A DNA stretch of 63,993 nt, the filler included, from Craspedostauros australis (taxonomy: Eukaryota): assembly GCA_030167865.1 (NCBI GenBank). It is 7 parts of 7 records of this genome, joined end to end, with 100 filler letters (N's around TTAATTAATTAA, not from the genome) between each part and the next. Parts side by side here need not be neighbours in the genome. Positions count along the whole stretch, not along the records: positions 6,777 to 27,645 come from JALAGF010006493.1; positions 27,746 to 40,891 come from JALAGF010006495.1; 5 more parts are not named here. One strand, written 5' to 3'. A program made the position numbers and the translations under genes. Shown piece by piece: positions 25,001-35,138 of this stretch (position 1 is its first letter; every line of letters begins with the position of its first letter). The notes under the pieces were generated by a model. It worked only from the letters and a program-made list of their open reading frames with translations, was not told the origin of the DNA and did no database searches.

Positions 25001-25653
25001 GAGTATGCCAGAGAGAAGCGGGGCTGCTCCAGGCTCTGTCTCGACTGCGGCATGAACGCGTTGTTGCCCGGGCCCATGGTGGCATTGTTGTTGCTGCCGT
25101 TGATATTGGCGTTCATGGTGCCGCTGCTGCTCATGTTGATGCTGTGCATGTCGCGATTCGCCATGTTGGGAGGATGCAGCTGACCGTGGTTGTGATTGTA
25201 GCTGTGGTTGTAGTGCATGCCCTCCGGGTGAGAGGCCAGGATGCGGCTGATGCTGATGTTGGAGAAGTCCGCGGAGACGTGCGGCGTGGCGTTGCGCGAG
25301 AAGGAGTCGTCGACGTTGCCGTTGTCGCCGTCGTCCTCATCGTCCTCCTCCTCATCATCGGAGGTGGACGCAAAGGCCTCGTCGGAATCCGAAATGACGA
25401 AGAGCTCATCGCGGAAGTCCTTGGCCTTCTTGGACTTGCTGCCGTTCTGCGCGATGTTCTGCCCTGCGATGCCGGAGCTGATGTCGCCGTACAGCGCCAG
25501 CTCCTGCGTGGCCTCCCACGACAGCCCGTGCGCCTCTTCCTCGTAGACGGCCTCGATCTGGGACAGCAGCAGCTTCAGGGCCTCGTAATCCAGGTAGGCC
25601 TGCTCCCATCCTTTGCGTCGTCCCATGCGCAGAGATGATCCAAACCCCACCAT
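19038..25653 (-). CDS. SPX-domain MFS transporter (vacuolar phosphate transporter-like), ~2013 aa; exons 25653-21667, 21386-19782, 19487-19038
   Basis: SPX segments MVGFG..L......W.QAYLDYEALK, FLGLLKAEVEKVILF and INLMAVRKICRKHD; MFS segment GNSLYAY....YIIGGRLLIGLGSCEVVHRQF. Both introns are phase 0 and GT-AG (GTAAGC, GTGAGT). Confidence 0.85.
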
Positions 25654-26147
25654 GCTGTCATTCACAGTGTACTAGTGGGGTATAGTACAATAATAGTATA
25701 GTCCAATACAATAGAATTGGTTGTGGCTGAGACTGTGAGGGAGAATGCTTTCCTTTCCTTTCCTCTGTCAGTTTCCGTGTCAGGGTGATGGCAACAGATG
25801 TTGTGCTGAATGCCATCATCGAAGATCTCCCAGAGAGACCAGTTCGGGTTTTTGGCGAATTCTGTGGTTGTCACGTGTTGGCGTGGGTCCTCGTGGGCTG
25901 CCTCACCAAGCTAGAGATCAATGGTGACCAAGAAACATACATGCCGGACGTGCACGAGTATGACAATCGTCATCAGCAATAGCAACCATGCGAATAGCAA
26001 TGTAACGACGGTGCGCATCTGTCTTGGTTATTGTATTCCGTGTCCCATTATCCTGAGAGCAGGGCGAGTACTCGTTGTACTGGTAAGGCGACAACCATGT
26101 AATAGTCCATATGAGTACGTACTATGCAAGTACCCACCCACGCATGT

Positions 26148-27281
26148 TCACGGCCTCTCCTTCTGCGCCACAAACTCTGCCAACGATGCCCGCACGAACT
26201 CCAACCGCCGCTGCGTCGATCGCACCCCCAGCCATTTGTGCCGCATCCCGATATCGCTGCGTCCCATCACTAGCTGCAAGATCCAGAAGGAGAATGCCTC
26301 GAGTTCCAATGGCGGGAACATCCCCAGATCCGCAATGTTGGACAGCGGCGTGGCCTGTTGCAGCAGTTCCAAACATTCGGCGCGCAACTGTTGGTCATCG
26401 TCATCGAAGGATATGTCGTGTTCGAACGTGAATCGTGTGGCCACGGCTAACGACGGCGCGATCTCATTCTCCTTGTCGTCCCACACATCCAGCTCGGTCT
26501 CCTCCAGCACCTGCATGCGCGGTCCTCCCATGCATTTGGCAAGGATCTGGTCGCCGCTCACGTCCGTGTGCCGGACGATCTGCGCCAAAGTGGTGATGCT
26601 GCGGGAGTTGGGTGTTGTTGTGTCCTCATCGTCGTGCATGGCGTCCGGCAGGAAGGGACGCGAACGCAGGAGGAAGTAGCCGTTGGGAGCATTCGATGAT
26701 GCACCGCCAGAAGACGCAGTGTACGTCTGATTATCGGTCGACGATGCCGCAGTCAGCATGGAGAGCAGCACGAGCTTGCGGTACCGTGGTTCGAAGAAGA
26801 CGAACTCGGTGCTTTCTCCCATCAGCATGGCGGAGTGCGAGAAATCAAAGATGGGCAGGATATTGGGCAGCTGGTCGGGTTGCCAGATGCTCTTGCGTGC
26901 GTTGACATGGCGCATGACATTGAGCAACTCATCGATGGCGTTGTTGTTACTATTGCTATCGTTGCTGTTGTCGTTGTCATTGCTGTCATTGTTGCTGTCA
27001 TTGTGAATGTTGCCGATACCAAGGTCCTCCATCTTATCCAAGGACAAAGCCGCCCCGCCACTGCGAAACGTCTGCTTCATGATCCGCTTGATCTCCAATT
27101 GCGACGACGCCAGCAGCGGATTGCTCTTGGCATCAGCAGCGTCCAACAGCAACTGCGATCCATATTCCCCGAGCACATGCGGATGCTTGCCATGATCCGA
27201 TGCTCGCAGGACGTTGCGATATACGATGCGTCCGATGCGTCGTCTCGCATTGTCCATCGCGGCCATCTTGGGATTCGTCAT
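26148..27281 (-). CDS. LON-peptidase substrate-binding (N-terminal, PUA-like) domain protein, 377 aa
   Basis: LPIF....MLMGE.....FFEPRYRKLV, G..R..VLE and FSFW......R.KWL...ST..RL, typical of LON_substr_bdg; Asn/Asp-rich linker. Confidence 0.72.
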   Translation of the reverse strand: MTNPKMAAMDNARRRIGRIVYRNVLRASDHGKHPHVLGEYGSQLLLDAADAKSNPLLASSQLEIKRIMKQTFRSGGAALSLDKMEDLGIGNIHNDSNNDSNDNDNSNDSNSNNNAIDELLNVMRHVNARKSIWQPDQLPNILPIFDFSHSAMLMGESTEFVFFEPRYRKLVLLSMLTAASSTDNQTYTASSGGASSNAPNGYFLLRSRPFLPDAMHDDEDTTTPNSRSITTLAQIVRHTDVSGDQILAKCMGGPRMQVLEETELDVWDDKENEIAPSLAVATRFTFEHDISFDDDDQQLRAECLELLQQATPLSNIADLGMFPPLELEAFSFWILQLVMGRSDIGMRHKWLGVRSTQRRLEFVRASLAEFVAQKERP

Positions 27282-27745
27282 GTTTGGGCTGTGTTTGGTA
27301 TTCTATGGCCCCATTCAGGGTACGATCGTACATTCCTGCCGATTTTTTATCGGACAACATGACTTTTTTTGCAAACGATGTAGCGTGTTGTCCAATAGGT
27401 TTAGATATATTTAGCTAGCTCCTACGACGCAAATACCTGGCCGACTTGTCTTCACCGCGGACGAAAATGATGACGTTATTGACGGTCGATATCAGACGGC
27501 GATGACACCCGACGGTGTGGATGGTGACGTTGCGGCAGATTCGATGTTGCGTTGATTTCTTGCGTTGTTGGTGATTTGGCTCGGTTTGGGGTTTCCTCCT
27601 TTGGGCGTGTCGTGCCGGCAGCATCCCTGCGCATCAGCTGCAACANNNNNNNNNNNNNNNNNNNNNNNNNNNNNNNNNNNNNNNNNNNNTTAATTAATTA
27701 ANNNNNNNNNNNNNNNNNNNNNNNNNNNNNNNNNNNNNNNNNNNN

Positions 27746-28220
27746 TTCAGGGACGGCAATAGTCGCTTGAGTGTTGAGTATCGACGGGTGTTCTGCCAAT
27801 CTGTCTGAACGAAACAGTTTGAAATTGATTCTGTTGCGGATGATGACGAAGGACATGGCGGTCTCCTCAGTCTCATTCCGCCCAATCTTTCCCTCCTCCC
27901 AACCAAACACCATCCACCGCCCACCGCCATTTCAGATTCACGTTGGGTCAGTTGATTGGATCAAAGTGCACTGCCCTCCATTCATTCTTTCGACTGATCG
28001 CTGCCTGATGCCGCGGATCGGAATTCCGCGCACTCGATGAAATACCCGTACGCCATGTCGGCTGTCGTCCCAACGGCACCGGCCGCAATCATTGGAATCA
28101 GACCCTTCTTGTATCGCAGAGAGTACGCGGTTCCCAAGCCCACTGCGCCGACGCAGAATCTATATTGCCCCAGGAGACTGTCGTCGGCGTGTTGTATCGT
28201 GTTGTGCCGTGCGGTGGGGG
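27746..28220. repeat. 475-bp direct repeat, identical to 40417-40891; the copies form the two ends of one contig
   Basis: Constant offset of 12671 bp and identical ORF translations. Confidence 0.93.
27982..28190 (-). CDS. Last exon of a small membrane protein; the first exon probably lies near 28300-28345
   Basis: GQYRFCVGAVGLGTAYSLRYKKGLIPMIAAGAVGTTADMAYGYFIECA has two Gly-rich hydrophobic helices. The 5' structure is unresolved. Confidence 0.5.
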
Positions 28221-29395
28221 AATGGACATGGTATTGCAATTGTGTGTGCGAAAACAAACGGTATCATATGTCAGGTAAGGCGTTGGCATGGAACAATGGT
28301 AATTTTGTACGGCTCGAAAGAAGACGAGAGTGCTGCGACATCAGGATTGTGACTAGAGGAGCGTTGCAGGCGGCAATGTAGGATCCTGCATCGCTTACAT
28401 AGCGCAATGCAGTGGCCCACACGCACAATATTTGCATTGCGCTTGTAACAACCAACGCGTGAATTCTTACCATTGCGTCAACTTCTCTTCCTGTGTGCTG
28501 GGCCCTCCTTCGGATGGTGCCGCAGATACCTCGCCAGCTTTTGATTGTTCAGATGCCATCTGTTTCCGAATCTGTAGAAATCTTCAACTTGTGCGATGCG
28601 CTTGCCGTGTGCTCAGGCGTGCAATCGTGCGGTGATCTCATGTGTGTGTCCAAAGATGTCGGCGCAGACTTTGGAAAAGGATACAATTGTAACAAGCTTG
28701 TGGGAGTCTGTGTCAGATGGAGAAACAGAGAATTTATGAGCCATGTGAGTGAGTCGACCAGCCGTTGGTAAAGTAGAGTGGCACTTTTTCTTCGATTACA
28801 AGCAATCTAAGCATACCAATCAACTCATTATAGTGTCCATAGCAACAGGAACATTTCCCAGAAACTTAAAGTTTACAGTTTAAGTTGTATGGACCATCAA
28901 ATATTTGGAATCGTTTGGGTCAAACGTAGTGTTCCACAATGTAGTTTTGTCGAAGGTTCTTTGCTATTCTGAGTTAATAATGGAAGGTGTCCATTCACGT
29001 TAGTGTCTCCAGCTTTTTCCTTCCTCCTCGTTCGTTTGGAACACGTTAAACAACGTTAGCTGCTCCGGAATCGAATGACATTTTCCACTTGTGGACATCA
29101 CACACATCATCACATGCGCACGCACACATCGTCGCCACGCCGACACAAAAACCGTCACATTTTTTGCTTCATTCCAAAGCTTCCTCCGCTGATGCAATGC
29201 TCATTGTATCTGTTTTTGCTGCGGTTGTAGTATGAGTAGTGAGAGCACTAGTGACATTGGCGGTTGTTGTTCTCGCTGCTGCATCCAACACCTCTATCGG
29301 CATCACCTCCTCCACCCGCTTTCATTCAGCGTTCTCCAGTGCCATTCATCGATCAATCAATCAATCAATCAACCTCCTTTGCTACCATCAACATC

Positions 29396-32300
29396 ATGTC
29401 CTCCATCCCCGCCAAAGCAACAATCAAGGGCGAAAGCCCGTCTCCTCGTAAGAAGCCTCGTTCCTGTGCTGCCCCTCTCGATTCTCCTTTTGATTCGGAT
29501 GGCAACTTGGCACCTACTCGTGAGNNNNNNNNNNNNNNNNNNNNNNNNNNNNNNNNNNNNNNNNNNNNNNNNNNTGTGCTGCCCCTCTCGATTCTCCTTT
29601 TGATTCGGATGGCAACTTGGCACCTACTCGTGAGCAGCTGTTGCCTGACAAGCTGTCTACTGGATTGCGGAAGCCCACCGACATCACTCACGCGATCGAG
29701 GTGAAGCCAATGCTTCCAGTGGACAGCAACCTTGTTCCAACTTTGGCACATGTCGATGCCGCTAACTTGCGCGTTGACGTGCGCCTGTCCAGTGCGGCTG
29801 GTGTCATCTTTGATACACCAANGGTCACACTGCGTACGGTTGGACAAGGTGTCGGTGCTATCACAGTGGTAGACATCAGTGTGAACGTGCCACCTCCCAT
29901 TGAGTCTCCTGCCAAACCAACTACCCGCGCAAGCACTGCACAGCACGCAAACGCTGTCGCTGGAGGCGCTTCCGAGCAAGTTGATGTTGACAGCGACGAC
30001 GACTATGTGGATGGCCGTGATCGCAGGAAGAGGCGAACAGGCCGCAACAGAATCACCAAGAAAACGGTGAGAGGATGGCGTCGCGATGCGTTGGCCGGCG
30101 TCGCAGGGTTGGTCAAGTCGGGCCTATCTCCAAAAGTGTTCGACTCTATGCCGAAGACGGGCTTCGTACTCGGCGGAAAACACGATCGGCAAGTNNNNNN
30201 NNNNNNNNNNNNNNNNNNNNNNNNNNNNNNNNNNNNNNNNNNNNNNNNNNNNNNNNNNNNNNNNNNNACACCGACTTGCCAGATGCATGAGGTGGTGCAA
30301 TTTGTCCGAGCTGGTCAACCACTGCCACCAACGACACTTGCACCAAATCTGTACCGCATATGTGTTGGAGGGAGCAAGCTCATGCACCTCTGCGCGAGAG
30401 CTGTTCTCGCGCAGTCTGCGTCTCTAACAACATGCACAGACATTCTCACTGGATATGTCAATGGATTGCCAGAGGAACAACGCGTGCGTGTACATGGTAA
30501 TCGATTAACTGTCACAAAAAGCCAACTTAGCACATTGCATCGTTGCCATGACATGTTGAGCGATGGGGAAACCGTTCCTCCCAAAGTTCTTCAATACCGT
30601 GTGACTGCATGTGCTTTGTCTGGTGTGGTGTCGTTTCTCTGCACTACGACCACGTACAAGGCTGGCTTGTGCCACGCAGTGGAGTGGGAAGGCGTCGTAT
30701 TCGAAAACGTTCCAGTCTTCGATCGTGGAGGCAAAAGCATCATGGCACTATTCGACATGTACAAGACGACGACTACCAACCCAGTGGGCGAACCAGCATT
30801 CAAAGAGATGACGCAGCTACTAACACGACATGGCAAAGCAAACACAGGGCTGTCTTCCTTCGAGAGCCACTTCTTGCTGGCGATGCTCACTCTCAAACGC
30901 ACGATATCGCGCCTTGTCACACTTTTGAAGGCTAAGTATCCCACAACAAACAGCGCTAAGGACGAGAATGACGTGATTTCCCGTCATCTGCGCACAGCCA
31001 AGTCTCTTTTGTACTCATTGGAACTTCTTGTTGTCTTCGTCAAATGGGAATTCACAGCATCACACATGCAGATGGAGTGTGATGACCCACTCCACTCAGC
31101 TCAATTCGCGCTCACGCCCAACGAGAAGAAGAAGACAACGACAAAACAATCCCAACCAACCAGAACATGTACGAACAAGCACAAGCTCAGGAAGAAGATC
31201 ACTGAACAAATGACATGGCTTCTGCCACCAATGACACTCCAACTGTCACAATTGATATTCCAGACATCACTTTTGTGACAGATACTGCTGCCAATGACAC
31301 CACCACTGCCAACAACAAACAGCCTTGCGCCCCCACAGACAAACAGCACACTGGAGTATGTAACCGTTGTGCAGGGGTGATGCGTTTTGTGGATGACCGA
31401 TATGTCCCTTTCATCACGTTGCTTATGGAGGATCACCTTGCAGAACACGTGACAGAATTGGAGTCAATGATCAATGCCGCACCGGGGTTCAACAACGAAA
31501 TACTGTGGTACATGGCACACAAAGTGCACAGCAAGGTTCAATTCGGACAAATTGAGCAGTACCTCAAAAATATCAACAACAGAGAGGATCGTGCGCATGT
31601 GGTGCTCGACCACAAGCAGAAAATTCTTCCAACTGGCCAGGGCGAAGCTCAACAAGAATACTGGGGCAAGAAGGGCATGTCTCTGTTGGGTNNNNNNNNN
31701 NNNNNNNNNNNNNNNNNNNNNNNNNNNNNNNNNNNNNNNNNCACATGTCACAATGACACATTCACTTATCGCTTCATCGATATCATTGTGAAGGGGAGGC
31801 CAACTCAAGACACCCTCCAAGTTGGTGGGCTTCTCGAAATTGTGCAACAACAGGTGAGAAAATTGCTTCCATCAGTCACCAAAACTGTCATCCAATCCGA
31901 TAACGCGTCTTGTTTCGCGAGCCATGAGCACATCCCACTGATCACATCAGTGCTGAACAAGAACCTTGGAACGCGAAATGTCCCCAAGATTGCGGCCTGG
32001 ATCTACACCGAAGACCAAACAGGAAAAGGCTGCCTTGACACACACTTTGCGTATATCACTGTTGTACTGCGAGCCTACGTGCTGGAGGACAATGACATCA
32101 AAACGGAACACCAACTTTTCAACGCATTGGAAGCTGGCAACATCGTGGGAACAACCACGGTTTTGGTGGATGCAGAATGCCTCGAGGGGCGTGTTGTGAG
32201 TTTCCCTGGCATGCCAAAGAAGCGTTTCTGCGCGAAAGGGCAAAAGGTACGCCAAACGCACGAGATCAAGTTTGGAGAAGACGAGGCCAATTTGGTGGTG

Positions 32301-32915
32301 GCATCCGGTGTCACAGACGATGTTCTCATCCAGTGTGCTGAATGGAAAGAATGGGAAATTAACCAGCTGGGTGTCCGCACGATCGCAACGCACACGTCAG
32401 GAAAGGAACCGTTCACCGCCAAATCGCCAAAGAAGAAGAAAAAGACGCGAAAGTGGGGTGCTACCGCGGTGGAGAGCAAAGCGCTCGTCTTTCGCGACGC
32501 ACTGAACATGGGGCAAGGAGAGCTACCACACGACCACACCGCAGAATTGAAAGACCAGACCGCGGAAGCCGAAATCCCCCGACTCGCGGTGAAGGGCTGG
32601 CCAGTGAAAATAACGCGCAGCAACGCGGAGTTACCATGGTACGTACTCCAGAAACTGGACGAGATGAGCATGGTCGCCAAGAAGGACAAAAAACGACCAA
32701 CAGAACACGAAGCGCACCGCCGATTGATGGAGCTGGAGGGAACAGAAACCGATTGGTACATCCAGTTGCACGCAAGTCCAATGCGCGTGAAATCGTACCT
32801 TACCGCAACATACAACAACGCACAGCGCGCAGCCAAGAAAGCAACCGTGGCGCCAAGTGCGACCGACAACAACAAAAAATGGCATCACCATCACCGTCAC
32901 CATCACAATCACCAC

Positions 32916-32955
<40 letters not shown>

Positions 32956-33178
32956 CGCTGCGGAACCAACAGGTACGCAACCATCAGACAAGCAGAAGAG
33001 CCAAGAAGAGGAAGAGATGGAAGAAGAGGAAAGGGAGAATAGGATGTGGTGTGAGGCCAACACCACCAGGAGGCACGTGGAGAACGAAGAGATGGTCCCG
33101 GAAGACGTGAGGGAAGCGATTCGGACGAGGATAAGACGGAGACTGATGGCGAAAATGGATGAACCAAATAAGGACTAA
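29396..33178 (+). CDS. Sola3-type DDD transposase, split by a frameshift or intron near 31169-31263 and by a C-terminal microsatellite frameshift
   Basis: Motifs VLDHKQKILP...QQEYWGKKGMS, IQSDNASCF and EDQTGKGCLDTHF; ATG 29396 gives MSSIPAKA. The superfamily call is from remembered motifs, not a search. Confidence 0.68.
32883..32955 (+). repeat. CAY/(CAGCAA)n microsatellite within the transposase 3' end
   Basis: Direct reading: His-rich run then polyQ in one frame. Confidence 0.9.
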
Positions 33179-34339
33179 ATAATTCAAAATGTGAACAAAT
33201 TCGCCAAAACCAAGAACACCAGTACGTTATTTTGGATCGAACTTGCCGTATGTCTATCGCCCAGTTTAGGAGTAGTCGAAAAATGCGCACATTGACGGGT
33301 CCATAGAACCTAAACTACGGACTTCAAGGCTCTGGGTAATTTTCCTGTTGCTATGGACACCATAATGAGTTGGTTGGTATGCTTAGTTTGGTTGTAATCG
33401 AAGAAAAAGTGCCACTCTACTTTACAAACGGTTGGTCGACTCACTCACATGGGTCTTATAGACACTCAATCCACCATCTCTTCGTATCTACGTAAACTGA
33501 AGAGCCAGGGCTATCCAGACAAGTGATAACATTACAATGTTGTTACTACCATCTCGTCGATCTTAATGTGTTTGTTGACCCCCTTGGTTTGGTTTTTCCG
33601 TCGATCGACGGACAGACTGGTTGCTTTTTGGATATCGTTGGCTACAGTTGGCTACACGTAGAATTCTACAGGAGTGCGGTAGGATCTTGCCTCTTTTTTC
33701 GAGAAATTCGACCCTCCATCTTTGAAGTCTCCGCGCTAAGCATTATCTGGCTCAATCTGTACAATAGATATCATTTAAGAATACTCTCTCCGAGGCGGTC
33801 ACAACTATATGATCTATATTATGTTTGAGTGAGATGGTACGGAGGTATGCTTGCGTTTAGTGCTCCCATTGAGGTCGGAATGATTTTTGACCACTCGGAT
33901 CCCCAATTTCGGTGGCAAGTTTGGAGAAATCTGGTTCCAGCGCTTACGTCATGATGACGTCATGGGCGGTTGGAACACTTCTTTGGAACAACCAGAACAA
34001 GAAAACCTGCCAACCAGAAGCCAAAAAACATCCGTGAATGATGGGGGTACTTGATGGATGGCATCAGTGCTCACCGAGAAAGAGAGCAACAGCCACCAAG
34101 CTTCAGAATGGTATATATAAACGCTATGCAATAATATGAATGCAATATGAGTACAGGATGGACTATACGAGCTGAGTGCGGAGAGTTGGACCGCGGTTGA
34201 TGCTGTTTCTTGCCTGTTTTTGTTCGGGACTTACGTACAAAATGTACCAGCGTCTACGTCAAAACCGACTCATACGACTAATTACCAATTGTTACCAATG
34301 GTTGCCAGAAAAATTGGCCTCCAAGCCAAAAGCCACTGG

Positions 34340-34525
34340 TGTTATCGCTCACTGGCTTGCTGCATTTTACATTCTGTGCAGGTCGTATCGGTGATGGCCA
34401 TGTGCGACTCCGTCCACTCCAACTTGAAGTACGTGAGCCTCGTGGAAGAGCTGGTGCCGTTTACAGATATCGTGCCAACGGCGACAATTGGATGGATCAT
34501 GGAGCGCCACAGCGTTCATTCGTAG
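34340..34525 (+). pseudogene. Fragment of a small conserved membrane protein
   Basis: LVEELVPFTDIVPTATIGWIME resembles the EE.LP.TD.IPT.T..W motif of small algal/bacterial hypotheticals; the upstream frame is broken. Confidence 0.35.
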
Positions 34526-35138
34526 GCCACGGGTCGAAGATGGAGGAAATGAGGTACGCCGCGAGACCCGGTCATGGCCGCCGGTCGTTTGCGTTGCGAC
34601 TCCATGCGGCATGCGCAGACTTGCCGATGCTACCATTCTCCGACACGCAGATGCTGTGGAACCGAGAAGCGATATCTTCTCTCTCTCTCTCTCCAGAGAC
34701 TTCCAACGCTTCCAGTTTCACTCTTTTCTCCTGGTCCAAAATACTATTGTATTATACGAATGCCTGGGTATGAGAATGGATTTCATGCAGTCCTCGTACC
34801 CGAAGCGTATCACCCTGGAATAAACATGAATCCGATCAAAATGGCGTGAAGCACACCTGCCATACGTACAAGAAATATTCTGCGAGCGGTCTGCATACGA
34901 TAATACGAGCTATGCGGACGGAGGAGATTGGTAATGCACGTATGTATGTGCTTCTGTGGAGACGTTATAACATGTATCATATCATGGAGTAGATCGTTCA
35001 TTCTTCAATCCTCGAGCTTCGATGGTATCCCTCATCCCATGGCCAAGGATTGTACCACAGCCTGGTGAGAGACCACCATCTGCCTTCATTGCTGCAACAG
35101 GAGCTGGATGCACGAGTATCCATACTCATTGAGTTGAG

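Larger units (their letters stand above)
28738..33455 (+). mobile_element. Full-length Sola3-like DNA transposon (~4.7 kb) with ~165-bp imperfect TIRs and a TTAT TSD
   Basis: Left TTAT|GAGCCATGTGAGTGAGTCGACC; right GGTCGACTCACTCACATGGGTC|TTAT. The inverted match extends about 165 bp. Confidence 0.85.

Noticed and set aside
15665..25653. Nitrate plus phosphate transporter nutrient cluster
   Set aside because: Only proximity; convergent genes with no shared regulatory evidence.
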